The notes beneath the pieces are model-generated. The model made no database searches. It was not told the DNA's origin and was given only the letters and a program-made list of their open reading frames with translations. Of a DNA stretch of 64,000 bases, positions 1-10,015 are shown in pieces (within the stretch, counting starts at the first letter, position 1; each line of letters opens with the position of its first letter). Both the position numbers and the translations under genes were made by a program. This DNA is from a virus (taxonomy: Duplodnaviria; Heunggongvirae; Uroviricota; Caudoviricetes), in the IMG/VR virus record IMGVR_UViG_3300038492_000258, positions 44,995 to 108,994 of that record; one strand, given 5' to 3'.

Positions 1-3000
1 ACCGTCGCAAATTCAGATCCAATATTACCAACAGCAACAACCTCTACGGGCGTTACACCGGCACCAGCAGCAGTTGTACCATTCAGGAAAACGCCCGTAA
101 GACCAGCACCCGGCTTAACAGATCCGTCTCCCTGGACAGCCAATGTAGTGCGGTCACCAATCTCTACTGTGCCATTTAGAACTTCTAGTCCGAATAGGGC
201 ACGTCCCACTCCACCACCATCAACAATAGTAACGTCATACTTAGAGCTGTCATCGGCATTTCGTCTGCTAACTTCAACAATAGTGCCGTTACCAAACGAT
301 CGACCCTGTGAGAAATAACGGGAGACGACGTTCCCGCCTGGTAGAGAGAAATCATCTGTATGATATAGTGCCTCATCATCAATATTTAAAAAGCCATCGA
401 TACAAATAGCACCTTCCGAAATATCCTTATTTGAAGAACCGATAGATTTCGGTGGCTTAGTATATTTATTGGTATCTAAACCACGATACCGCTCGTCTTC
501 CTCAGAGCCAGGAGTTGAAGATAACGTGAAAACATTATTAACTTCCGTAATCTGTACACGAACCGCACGCTGCTCATCGTCGAAGAACGCAGGCGGAATA
601 AATGTATCACCTGGCAAGCTTGGATCAATTGGAGTCCCCGGTTTATTATTCAATAAATCCAAATCTGTGAAGTCGATCGGATTCAGAATACCATTTAAGA
701 TACCACGAATACGTTCACCTAACGGTGCCTCTTTACCAAACTGCGGGAAATAAGAAACGATCTTATAACGTGTCACAAACCCGGTGTCGCCAAAAGAAAT
801 ATTAACCTCGTTAACTCCATGGGTAATTTCACCAAACTGACCAGACGGACCAATTCCCTGCTCAGCAAAGGCATCAAAAGAAAGTAAAGGAAGGCCAATC
901 TGTGTGAAGTCGCCATAACGCGAAGAACTCTTCGGCACAATTTTACCTTGCACTCTTCGAATGGCTCGATCAGTCATCTGCTGCAACGATGTTTTACTGC
1001 CCTCAGGCGAGAACGCCCACGGCACGAACTGGTCGTCTAGCTGTACATCCTCATCTCGCTCATAATGCAGATTTCCTAAATACCATTCGCTTGGGTAATC
1101 TTGGCCATAACGAGATCTTGCTTGAACGGGAATCGCCACACCAGACATAGCTCGATAAACGTCCAAGTTCATGGCTGGGTTCTGAATATCGAAAATACCC
1201 GAACTTGATAATTTTTGATTAGTCGTCAATAGAGTTGCTAGTGACGCAATCGTTTCATCTTCTACCAATCCCTGACCAGCAGAGATAGGTAACTGACACC
1301 ACAATGTGCCTTCTGGGAAAGACTCAAATCCATACAAGTCATCGTTTCGCGGATCTTTAACTCTTTGGCCAACTACAGTTAAATCTACTGGAATATAGTG
1401 ATCACCATTACCTTGCGGATTGAAAGGTTTAGCGTCCTCTGTCCAATTGCCAAAACTGGCTGGCGTGTCATCCCCCTGCGGACCATATACTGTTCCTTTA
1501 GGTAAAACCGCATGAGCTGCAACCCTAAAGTCGTCAGTCAAGAATGGACTAACAGGACCAAGATCTCGATCAATCTCATAGTCTTGTACAAATACTCCAC
1601 TGACACCAGTTGTACCAGAAGGCGAAAGAGCATAACCCTGAACTTGGTTTTCTACATTCGCCCAAGCTGCATTAATTAACCTAAAGAATCCACGGTCTTG
1701 ATCGAATAGCAACCCTTCTAAAATGAATGAGCGACCATAATGACGCGTCGCATGACTTTGAATTCTATTAAAGAAAGCTAGAACCCAATTATGTTCTTCA
1801 TCTCGACGATTACTAATGACACGAATTCCAGACTCTGCGGCCCCCGTAGCCAAACCAGCCAAAGGCATTAATGGGTCAAACCGGCTTTGGAACGTAGGGT
1901 GTTGTGCTGCAATAGAACCTTCATCGGGATCTTCATCAAATCCAGGAGGATTGTCATTTGCGGCATTTGTTTGATATAGCTTAAAATAAGCCCAAGCCTC
2001 AATGCCCGCCAAAGCCATCTCAAGTTCTTTCTCACATGGTACATACGTTCTGTAGAAACCATCTGCATCAAAGAAGCCAACTGTAATCTGATCCCACACT
2101 TTAGTAAATACTAGATCACCAAACAAGTTGCTGTCCGGGTTAGTACTAGTGTGTCCATCAATACCAGCAGTGTCTAATCCGTCAATAGGACTCAATTGCT
2201 TTGAATTAATAAAGCCCTCTTGGTGGCCACCGAGCACACGGAAACGCGTCGGTTCGGGCACAACATCCTGACCAAATCCCAACTGACGGGTCTCATTGAG
2301 GCCACTAGCACTACCGAACGTAGAAACCAAATCTAAGATCTGTGGCTCGGTAATATCAAATTCAACTTTTTTATTAATCAGATTTAATCTCTGATTATCC
2401 ATGCCCCAATACCAATCATACCCAGCATCTTGAAGCATGCGAGACATGGCTTCGTCTAGTGGCGACAAGTTAAATTGGAATCTGATAGAATCAGATGCAC
2501 CGTCTAGGTTCTTACCAATCTGGATGGCAGTCGGGAAGTCATTGACTGGAAAAGCACATTTACCCTCACTGAAAGAAAAGTCAATGGCAGATAGCACCTG
2601 TTCATACGTGCCACCAAATTGTAAGATACGTTCATATTCTTTAATTAGAGCGTCGTTATTTAAGCCGTTTACTTTACGAAAAGCTCTGGCAATAGAAACA
2701 ATACCGCTCGGAACATCCTCACCTAAATCTTCGGTATGAATTTTAGCTCTACGTAGAGTACGTCTATCGTCTTCAATGGTGACATTTACAATCGTACCAC
2801 CAACAGTTGAAGTATAGTCGGCATGAGTAATATTGCCACGTACAAAAAAGTCTCCAACAAATACCTCAATTGGATGACCGATATTAGGAAGTTGTCCAGA
2901 TGCACCGTGAAAATCACAAGCATTACCACACGGTACCCATTCAGTTTGGAATCTGTGCGGAGTTAAATTGAAACCAAAAGTAGCATTGATAGACGACAAG

Positions 3001-3119
3001 AACGCACACAATTGTGAGCCAGGTTCACTGTCACCAAATTGTCCAGATGGCCAAGCAATGCCATTAAGCGGTACTCCAACACCACTTACAACAATGCCGT
3101 CATTTACTACAATATTCAT
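1..3119 (-). CDS. Large tail-tip/baseplate-hub-like structural protein, partial (>1039 aa, runs off left edge)
   Basis: Not in the ORF track. ATG at 3119 directly follows the TAA of the 1670-aa gene. Manual translation (MNIVVNDGIVVSGVGVPLNG...) showed no stop down to base 1. Function inferred from position only. Confidence 0.72.
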   Translation of the reverse strand, partial: MNIVVNDGIVVSGVGVPLNGIAWPSGQFGDSEPGSQLCAFLSSINATFGFNLTPHRFQTEWVPCGNACDFHGASGQLPNIGHPIEVFVGDFFVRGNITHADYTSTVGGTIVNVTIEDDRRTLRRAKIHTEDLGEDVPSGIVSIARAFRKVNGLNNDALIKEYERILQFGGTYEQVLSAIDFSFSEGKCAFPVNDFPTAIQIGKNLDGASDSIRFQFNLSPLDEAMSRMLQDAGYDWYWGMDNQRLNLINKKVEFDITEPQILDLVSTFGSASGLNETRQLGFGQDVVPEPTRFRVLGGHQEGFINSKQLSPIDGLDTAGIDGHTSTNPDSNLFGDLVFTKVWDQITVGFFDADGFYRTYVPCEKELEMALAGIEAWAYFKLYQTNAANDNPPGFDEDPDEGSIAAQHPTFQSRFDPLMPLAGLATGAAESGIRVISNRRDEEHNWVLAFFNRIQSHATRHYGRSFILEGLLFDQDRGFFRLINAAWANVENQVQGYALSPSGTTGVSGVFVQDYEIDRDLGPVSPFLTDDFRVAAHAVLPKGTVYGPQGDDTPASFGNWTEDAKPFNPQGNGDHYIPVDLTVVGQRVKDPRNDDLYGFESFPEGTLWCQLPISAGQGLVEDETIASLATLLTTNQKLSSSGIFDIQNPAMNLDVYRAMSGVAIPVQARSRYGQDYPSEWYLGNLHYERDEDVQLDDQFVPWAFSPEGSKTSLQQMTDRAIRRVQGKIVPKSSSRYGDFTQIGLPLLSFDAFAEQGIGPSGQFGEITHGVNEVNISFGDTGFVTRYKIVSYFPQFGKEAPLGERIRGILNGILNPIDFTDLDLLNNKPGTPIDPSLPGDTFIPPAFFDDEQRAVRVQITEVNNVFTLSSTPGSEEDERYRGLDTNKYTKPPKSIGSSNKDISEGAICIDGFLNIDDEALYHTDDFSLPGGNVVSRYFSQGRSFGNGTIVEVSRRNADDSSKYDVTIVDGGGVGRALFGLEVLNGTVEIGDRTTLAVQGDGSVKPGAGLTGVFLNGTTAAGAGVTPVEVVAVGNIGSEFAT

Positions 3120-6100
3120 TTAGTTTCCTCCAGACGTTAACAAGTCTGGTCCTGCTTCCAAGCTGTCACACCAGAATACCCCTCGTGAATCTCGCACACA
3201 CCATACTGGTCTGTAAACACCAGGCTCAGTGTATGTATGAGTTGGATTATTTCTAATCGTTGTTTGACCATCATCAAATTGTAATAGCTGTGCTGTTACG
3301 CTTACACCAGCAGGAATTGTTTCTACTTTTGTTTCGAAGTCTACGATAAGTTCAGCCAAGCCAGAGCGTGGAACACCAGACACGGTAATCAATACTGGAT
3401 CAATACCAGAGGCTGCATTTACGATAATAGTATCAGACGAATGTTGACCATCAGAATCAATCGCTTCAAATTTCACCACATAGAAACCACTGCTTGCAAA
3501 GTTATGCTGTACCGGATAACATCCCGCACCACTCTGGGTAACCTCTACAGGCGGCGTTAAATCACCAAAGTTCCATCTCGTTTTCGTAATGCTCTTGCCT
3601 TGCTGACCAGATGCTTTGGCAATAAAGTATTGATTGAATGGTGGAGCCAGGCCACTAACATTCGATTCCGGAATAATGATCTGTGTTAACGGACCAATCT
3701 CGTTTTCAAAAATTACAACCTTAGCGTCAAAATCCGCCGAATCTGTTTGAGCAATTTCAACCAAACTATCGAAGTCTGCCACAGTACGAATATTCACACC
3801 AAACGTTGCATCAAAATCAACTTGTCCAGTGAGACCACCCAGCATAAAGCCACCCAGAATACCACTAGCCTGGTTTACACCAAACATGAAACCACCCATG
3901 ATACCACTGGCGGATTCAGCACCCAGCATTAATCCACCCAAGATTCCTGAGCCAGTTTCTTGACCAGCAATATAACCGGCCACTACGCCCGAAGCAACCT
4001 CACCGCCTCGCATGAGACCGCCAAGAATACCAGACATAGTGCCAAGACCTTGAACATAGCCACCAATTTGTCCGGTAACGAAGACAACGCCAGACACGTA
4101 TCCACCAACAACACCACTAACGGTGATGGCACCAGGCATATATCCACCAAGAATACCAGAAGCAGTATCCTGACCACGTTGATAGCCGCCCATAATACCA
4201 GAACCAGTGTCTTGACCCTGAACATAACCACCAACAATGCCACTGCCAACAGTACCCTGGGCTAGATCAATACCGTTAAAAGCAAGATACCGAACTTCAG
4301 CAGCAGTTAATGCCCGAGAGAAATATGATACCTCTGTAATAACCGAATCAAAATCATTGAGATTAATTGTATTGAAATCCCAGGGATCTTCCTGGTGCTG
4401 CAAGAATGTAATCATTCGAGCAGTTGGATCCTCTGGAATGTTGGGTCCAACCCACTTGTCTGGTTCCTGTCGAATAGTACGCTTATCGACAACATTACCG
4501 TTCATATAGCAAGTTAAACTGTCATCGGTGGGATCAAACACCCAGCACCAATGACTCCAGAAATCTAACTTGTTAGTGTCAAAGTCACCAAGTCTAAACT
4601 GATCCCACAATCTGTTGTCATCTAGGTGACCCAGAACACTACCATTATACGCACCACAAACAGTCTGCCCAGAGTGAGCCGTGTTGCTCACGCCAGTATC
4701 TAAGTACATATTTCCACCATGAGACATGACCATGACCATGTTCTCACTGTCATCCATACCAATGGCCCAACCACGATTGGCATCTAATGATGTATCAGAA
4801 ATACTTGTAGCACCTAAAACACCATATGCCATTAATGTGTCAAAACGGTTGTTAGCAACATCATCACGTTTAGCGTGCATAAACCCAATCGTAAAGCCAG
4901 TCTTCGGATTTAAGCTTGCTCCCGATGCAGCCAAAGGCGGAACTCTGTCTGTAGCAACATTACTAACTTGTCTACTACTATACGTAATACCGCTAGCCTG
5001 GATTGCAATATCTGCTTGTGCCATGGGACCCGGCAAGAAGCGTAAGAATAAAGCACCCTGAGAACCAGCGTCAATATCATCCTCTACAACATTTTGTGCA
5101 ATAGGCGTCAAATGATTTAGTTTCAGACTCAAATCAGTTGTGCCCGAGCCACCACCAGCTTCACCATTAAATCGCCAATATCCTTCTAAATTACTGTCAG
5201 CCAGTGTAAGCTGTGTTGTTGGTAGATTATTAACATAGTTTGCTAGAGTTGGTGTTTGAATACCGCTTGATGCTAACGCTTGAATCTCACCATTATCAAA
5301 CCCACCACGCATCCAGAAGATATTACGCATGTGAATATCTCCCAAACCACCATCCATGCTGAGTTGTGTAGTGATTAAATCAGTAGCAGCTTCGCCGCCA
5401 AACTGAATAAACCAATCATCGGCACTGTCAACAGCATCGTCAGACCACATGTTTGCCGCAGCGGCAGTCGTCTTACGAGCAGCAATTTTCTGACCATCAA
5501 CATAAAGATTAACGGTCATTGGTGCTGTACCAACCGTATCATGGAAGGCATCATACGGATTGTCAAACTTGGTATGGAACAGTACCTTAGTTGGAATACC
5601 AAATGGTAAATTGCCAGACACAAGCGGAACAACATTAGTCGCGGGACTTAATGAGCCATCTCGACCAAGGAATACCACACTAATGCCAGAAGCACCCGTA
5701 CCGGCATCAGCTCCAACCGGATCGGGACCAGCAGCATTCTTGCTCGTCAAGAACGCCTTAAACTCGCCACCGGTCGAACTAGTGCCTAATTTGCCAAATG
5801 TAAACAGCGTTGAATTAAAGTGGGTTTTATTGGCATTGGCAACAATACCGATATCTGTATTCGGAATACTTCCACTAGGTGTAACTTCAAACGCAATAAC
5901 CCATTCGCCTAATGGATTCTGACAAGTTAAATCACTTTCTTCAATAATCGGCTTATATCGCATAACTGGGTTAGCAATAGCCGATCTAGAGTTCGCTAAA
6001 TCGCTGACACCCTCAGGACCCAAACTCGCACCAAAAGGTGCGAAGATACCAGAAGTAATTCCCAAGTTACCAAAACTCGATAACTCTGGAACAGTTGGAC

Positions 6101-8132
6101 GAGGCTTAAAAAGATCTACCGCAGCAGTTCCCAATGGGGTAAATACCGATCCAGCGGCTTCATTATGATCACGATCATACACACGTTCCCATTTAGTGAA
6201 CGAGTCACCACGAACCAAATGACCAGGCGAAATATCTCCCCATACACGAGACTTGTCTGGTACTACAATGTCACTCAGCTTAAAGTCGTCTGCGGGCCAA
6301 TAACCCATAAGTCTCGGATCATGAACCGTCCGCCATACTGGAGCAGTATTGATACCACTAACCGCAAGATAACGAATTTCAGGAGCACTCAGTGGTCGAC
6401 CAAAAACAGTAAACGACGTACCCCAAAGATCTCGACCGCCATCCGCATGGATACCCTTAGATGAAGAATCTACCGGCTGATTGGTCACACCATTGTGGAA
6501 AATGAGCGGATAACCACTGCCAGTCACACGATGCAATTGATCAGTTAAGGAATGAGTAAGTACACCACTACCCTGTAACGCACCATTGACATAGAACGCA
6601 AGACCAGTTGTCTCGTCATCATAAACAACCGCATAATGTGACGCAACATAGTGATGGAAGTCATTCTGACCAGAAGCAAAAATCTCTGTGCGACCATCAA
6701 GATCTCCCAGAGGATAAGCTTCAATAACCATACGTTCAGTTGGAGCAGTACGAATAGTGCAACAAATACCAAACGTAGCCTCACTAACCGCAGTTGGATC
6801 TAAATTGGCGTTAGTTTGCGTGGAAACTGATCCCCACGAAAATAACATATTGTCTTCACGTTCAGCCGAGTTCTCAGGAGCCCAATATCCCGCAATAGTC
6901 CAACTACGCCCCTCAGTGATTTCGTAACATAGTCCACTAACAGCCACCATGGCGTCACTGGCATTCGAAACTTCGTCATTAAGAACAGCTCCCGCCTTGA
7001 ATGGTCCCGAGGTTGGAATATATCCGTCAGCATTATCACCCATATCCTTAGGGCCAATCAATGGCCTGTGTTTATGAGAAGCGTCCTCATACCCCACCGA
7101 CATAAATGGATAATATCCTAGTAATTTAGAATCAGTTAATGAAACTTCTGCTGTAGGCGACAAAAACGCCTCTTCGGGTTGTAGCCCACCACATTCATGT
7201 AATGCAAGAATTTCACCTTCGTGCAGAGGACGACGGAAGAAATATACGCCCGAAACAATATTACTGCCCCATCCTGTGGTACGATCTAACGTATGAACAG
7301 AATCAGCACCATCAGTACTACCACCAATAGTCAAGGTTTCTGCAAGAATATTAGTATCGTTCAACGTGAAATCACGATCGGTCGTACCACTCGCTTCCAC
7401 GCGACCATCTTTGTATAATACTAATTCGTTGCTAGTGCCATTAATATAGCGATAGCTCATAGTAATATGAGTATAGCGACCAGATTCAATCGGAGTAGCC
7501 AATGCTACCGGCGTTCCGGTTTTTTCAACAACAGCAAATGCTTGCAAAGCATGAATCTGAGATGGATTAAATGCATTCCCAGCAGCTCCAGCTCGTTGAC
7601 CAGAGACGCCCAAATACCATCCTACTGAAGTGGACGCACTAGTTGTTGCATTAAACTGACCAACAATCGTATGAGACCTAGCAGCATACGTATCCCAGAA
7701 CGTGTTAACAAAAGAAGCAACATCGTCATCAAATGTTGGATATCCATCGCCAATCGGGAACACCCAATAACCAACGGTAAATCCACTTTGAGCAACATTG
7801 GGCACAAGCGTTTCACGTCGCGTCACATCGTTCGCTTGCCCTAACACAAGATATTTACTAAATGGAGCTGAATCAGTCTCAGCTTCCCAAATGCCAAATG
7901 GACGGAATCCTGTAAAGCGTCCAGACGATTCAAGAATCGTATCCGTTCCAGGCCAAACCGACTGCATCTCTTCTCGACCAGGAGCTTGAGAAACAGCTAC
8001 ATGGAAATCAAAAGAAATGCCACTAGGCTGTTTGGCACGAGCTGGGGAATAGTTCTTGAAAACCGGCGAGCCGCTGGGCTCAAGCATCGGCCAAAGACCA
8101 ATCAATGAGCCATCATTAATTAGATTACTCAT
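3120..8132 (-). CDS. Tail fibre/adhesin with four LamG (ConA-like) domains, 14-aa Gly-rich repeats and C-terminal PKD/Ig-like domains
   Basis: Four units begin D-x-x-L-x-G-[LY]-[WY]-[PR] and end R/G-x-L/F-x3-E-[IV]-x-x-L-x3-G. PKD-like motifs TRWNFGD...QH...GFYVV and QFDDG...PTHTYTEPGVY at the C-terminus. Confidence 0.82.
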   Translation of the reverse strand: MSNLINDGSLIGLWPMLEPSGSPVFKNYSPARAKQPSGISFDFHVAVSQAPGREEMQSVWPGTDTILESSGRFTGFRPFGIWEAETDSAPFSKYLVLGQANDVTRRETLVPNVAQSGFTVGYWVFPIGDGYPTFDDDVASFVNTFWDTYAARSHTIVGQFNATTSASTSVGWYLGVSGQRAGAAGNAFNPSQIHALQAFAVVEKTGTPVALATPIESGRYTHITMSYRYINGTSNELVLYKDGRVEASGTTDRDFTLNDTNILAETLTIGGSTDGADSVHTLDRTTGWGSNIVSGVYFFRRPLHEGEILALHECGGLQPEEAFLSPTAEVSLTDSKLLGYYPFMSVGYEDASHKHRPLIGPKDMGDNADGYIPTSGPFKAGAVLNDEVSNASDAMVAVSGLCYEITEGRSWTIAGYWAPENSAEREDNMLFSWGSVSTQTNANLDPTAVSEATFGICCTIRTAPTERMVIEAYPLGDLDGRTEIFASGQNDFHHYVASHYAVVYDDETTGLAFYVNGALQGSGVLTHSLTDQLHRVTGSGYPLIFHNGVTNQPVDSSSKGIHADGGRDLWGTSFTVFGRPLSAPEIRYLAVSGINTAPVWRTVHDPRLMGYWPADDFKLSDIVVPDKSRVWGDISPGHLVRGDSFTKWERVYDRDHNEAAGSVFTPLGTAAVDLFKPRPTVPELSSFGNLGITSGIFAPFGASLGPEGVSDLANSRSAIANPVMRYKPIIEESDLTCQNPLGEWVIAFEVTPSGSIPNTDIGIVANANKTHFNSTLFTFGKLGTSSTGGEFKAFLTSKNAAGPDPVGADAGTGASGISVVFLGRDGSLSPATNVVPLVSGNLPFGIPTKVLFHTKFDNPYDAFHDTVGTAPMTVNLYVDGQKIAARKTTAAAANMWSDDAVDSADDWFIQFGGEAATDLITTQLSMDGGLGDIHMRNIFWMRGGFDNGEIQALASSGIQTPTLANYVNNLPTTQLTLADSNLEGYWRFNGEAGGGSGTTDLSLKLNHLTPIAQNVVEDDIDAGSQGALFLRFLPGPMAQADIAIQASGITYSSRQVSNVATDRVPPLAASGASLNPKTGFTIGFMHAKRDDVANNRFDTLMAYGVLGATSISDTSLDANRGWAIGMDDSENMVMVMSHGGNMYLDTGVSNTAHSGQTVCGAYNGSVLGHLDDNRLWDQFRLGDFDTNKLDFWSHWCWVFDPTDDSLTCYMNGNVVDKRTIRQEPDKWVGPNIPEDPTARMITFLQHQEDPWDFNTINLNDFDSVITEVSYFSRALTAAEVRYLAFNGIDLAQGTVGSGIVGGYVQGQDTGSGIMGGYQRGQDTASGILGGYMPGAITVSGVVGGYVSGVVFVTGQIGGYVQGLGTMSGILGGLMRGGEVASGVVAGYIAGQETGSGILGGLMLGAESASGIMGGFMFGVNQASGILGGFMLGGLTGQVDFDATFGVNIRTVADFDSLVEIAQTDSADFDAKVVIFENEIGPLTQIIIPESNVSGLAPPFNQYFIAKASGQQGKSITKTRWNFGDLTPPVEVTQSGAGCYPVQHNFASSGFYVVKFEAIDSDGQHSSDTIIVNAASGIDPVLITVSGVPRSGLAELIVDFETKVETIPAGVSVTAQLLQFDDGQTTIRNNPTHTYTEPGVYRPVWCVRDSRGVFWCDSLEAGPDLLTSGGN
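3825..4244 (-). repeat. Ten tandem 42-bp (14-aa) coding repeats, consensus SG[IV][LMV]GG[YFL]xxGxxx
   Basis: SGIVGGYVQGQDTG/SGIMGGYQRGQDTA/SGILGGYMPGAITV/... to SGILGGFMLGGLTG; 420 bp = 10 x 42. Confidence 0.92.
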
Positions 8133-8586
8133 TGTACATCACCTTATAGTCACCAAAAAACGGCGATACCCTGTATCGTTTTATGACATTCTCCCCACCA
8201 TCGAGAACATCTAAATTGAGAAATAAATGGGTAGCATCCACAATCGGCTTACGAGATACAAGCCAGGAGTGCTCTTGGCCCTCCATGTCTAGAGTATAAT
8301 ACTCAGTCACCCAACAGTGACGATCGGCAGGATTTTCCCAACCCTCAGGAGATAAAATGGCTTCGCCTTCAAAGGTGTGCTCAGGATTATAGAATGCTCT
8401 AAATTTTCCATTCTCAGGATCTAATAAAACACCCTCAAAGCAGACTACTTCGTTAATGGCCGTCCCACCCAAACGAAAAATCTCACCGTCAGACTTTTCG
8501 CAACGAATTTTATGTTCCGTTCCAAAATGAGTCTTTACGGTAAGCGTACCGATATTGCCATCGAATTCAAAGTTAGCAGTCACCAT
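8125..8586 (-). CDS. Hypothetical protein (153 aa)
   Basis: ORF track; overlaps the start of the adhesin gene by 8 nt; late motif upstream. Confidence 0.7.
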   Translation of the reverse strand: MVTANFEFDGNIGTLTVKTHFGTEHKIRCEKSDGEIFRLGGTAINEVVCFEGVLLDPENGKFRAFYNPEHTFEGEAILSPEGWENPADRHCWVTEYYTLDMEGQEHSWLVSRKPIVDATHLFLNLDVLDGGENVIKRYRVSPFFGDYKVMYNE

Positions 8587-8640
8587 ATTTACCTTACACC
8601 TTAAAAGCTAAGCCGAAACAGCTACGCCCATGTCTCTGAA

Positions 8641-8649
8641 TACACTAAA
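8641..8649 (-). promoter_or_regulatory. Candidate late promoter core TTTAGTGTA
   Basis: One of seven intergenic copies; overlaps the U-tract of the adjacent terminator. Confidence 0.6.
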
Positions 8650-8676
8650 AAAGGCCCTGCCTTTGCGGGCAGAGCC
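8647..8676 (-). terminator. Rho-independent terminator
   Basis: GGCTCTGCC-loop-GGCAGGGCC hairpin followed by T6 on the minus strand, downstream of the 61-aa gene. Confidence 0.7.
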
Positions 8677-8705
8677 TCATACTATCCAGTCGATAGCAGC
8701 GATAA

Positions 8706-8891
8706 TTAGGTTAGCAGAGTGAACGGATCACCAGCAGAAACCCCAACGCCCAGATTCTCAACAGACTGAACGGCACCGTGGAGGGCAGTCCCCGTTACGG
8801 CACGATCAGTGCGGTACTCAAGCTTAGTGCTCCAGCCCCAGAGAACTTGGTTGACGTTGTTGGTATCACTTGTAGCGTTAAAAGTAGCCAT
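8706..8891 (-). CDS. Small protein (61 aa), apparently monocistronic
   Basis: Strong SD GGAGG upstream, own late motif (8956) and terminator (8647). Confidence 0.75.
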   Translation of the reverse strand: MATFNATSDTNNVNQVLWGWSTKLEYRTDRAVTGTALHGAVQSVENLGVGVSAGDPFTLLT

Positions 8892-8955
8892 AGTAATTAC
8901 CTCCTACAATTAATTCGAACGTTCGATGAAAGGCCCGTAAAGGCCCCAGATAGAA

Positions 8956-8964
8956 TACACTAAA
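8956..8964 (-). promoter_or_regulatory. Candidate late promoter core TTTAGTGTA
   Basis: Exact motif immediately after the stop of the 8966-9616 gene. Confidence 0.6.
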
Positions 8965-8965
8965 A

Positions 8966-9616
8966 TCAATTCGGATCACCAAACTGGATAACGTATTCAT
9001 CATTGTAATAGTTAAAAATTAACCCAAATCTTAATGCACCTGACGAGCACACGCCGTAGTCACCAATAGGAAATCCGAACGGAATGACCAGATTCATATA
9101 AATATACTCAGAAGAGTTTTGATCGTCCTGCTGCAAAATACCAATAGCTCCATCCTGGCGTTTCACATTGATATTGTCAGGCACCGTAGTAGAAAGCCGC
9201 TCGTGAATACCAGACGGCCACACAGCATTAGGCTGCCAAATACCACTAGTCGAAAATTGCACAAATGCCGGATCGGACCCAACACTCTGTGCTGGAATAG
9301 TCAGAGCCGTATCGTCAGAAATGAATAATTTAAGATCAGAAAAAGCAACTCCACTACTACCTAAATTAATAGTAATGGCAGTTACCGTAGACTCCAAAAA
9401 TGGGGGCGGTGTACCAGCTTCGACTGTAAAAGTCGTCCCTGGAAAAATCATAGCTCCAGACGTTCCACCGGGATTGCTAGAATCGTAGTTCCCACAGCCC
9501 AAAGACACATTGCGAAGAAACGCAAATGAGCCTCCTGGGATATGTCGAGTTCCAACAGGATCAGCTACCTCAGCGGTATTCCATTGGAAAAATCGAATTA
9601 CGGGAACATCTACCAT
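8966..9616 (-). CDS. Tail-tip structural protein (paralogue of 10012-10572)
   Basis: Beta-rich; shares N-terminal MVD.P...DP.G.R and C-terminal S[EQ]Y[IV]Y...P[IV]G.YG with 10012-10572. Confidence 0.65.
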   Translation of the reverse strand: MVDVPVIRFFQWNTAEVADPVGTRHIPGGSFAFLRNVSLGCGNYDSSNPGGTSGAMIFPGTTFTVEAGTPPPFLESTVTAITINLGSSGVAFSDLKLFISDDTALTIPAQSVGSDPAFVQFSTSGIWQPNAVWPSGIHERLSTTVPDNINVKRQDGAIGILQQDDQNSSEYIYMNLVIPFGFPIGDYGVCSSGALRFGLIFNYYNDEYVIQFGDPN

Positions 9617-9849
9617 TATACTACGTGCTTACTTCGTAAGACCTCTTGCTCTTCCTCAGGAAGAGGCATCCATAGACCCTGCACCTTATGGACAAATACT
9701 AAATTCTCACCAAACACCATAGCACGAACACCCTTCGGAAGAGTATTCTCTTCTTCCTTAGCACGCACTTCTTCTACAGTATCTAGTTTTATCTCTTTAT
9801 CCATTAGACTTCTGACAAATCTTCCAATCGTCAGCAAAAAGGTCTTCAC
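9616..9849 (-). CDS. Hypothetical protein (77 aa)
   Basis: ORF track; coupled to the downstream gene. Confidence 0.55.
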   Translation of the reverse strand: MKTFLLTIGRFVRSLMDKEIKLDTVEEVRAKEEENTLPKGVRAMVFGENLVFVHKVQGLWMPLPEEEQEVLRSKHVV

Positions 9850-10015
9850 TAACTAAAGAATTATTTTTCTTATCCCACTTTGTAACTCTAACGAGCTGTT
9901 CAAGTTGATCGCCAATATAAACATCAACGAACATACAACGCCCTCTTTTCCAGCTAGCACGTCGGACAGCCAATCCGTCACGCAGCATAAGTCCCATAGC
10001 ATCTTCAAACTTCAT
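9797..10015 (-). CDS. DUF2829/Tad2-like small protein
   Basis: MKFEDAMGLMLRDGLAVRRASW...MF and SEDLFADDWKI match the DUF2829 pattern (F.EA...L..G..V.R..W ... D.LA.DW) by eye. Confidence 0.6.
   Translation of the reverse strand: MKFEDAMGLMLRDGLAVRRASWKRGRCMFVDVYIGDQLEQLVRVTKWDKKNNSLVSEDLFADDWKICQKSNG

Noticed and set aside
3825-4244. 14-aa repeat as a DGR template/variable repeat
   Set aside because: Ten in-frame tandem copies with variation not restricted to adenines; no reverse transcriptase in the window
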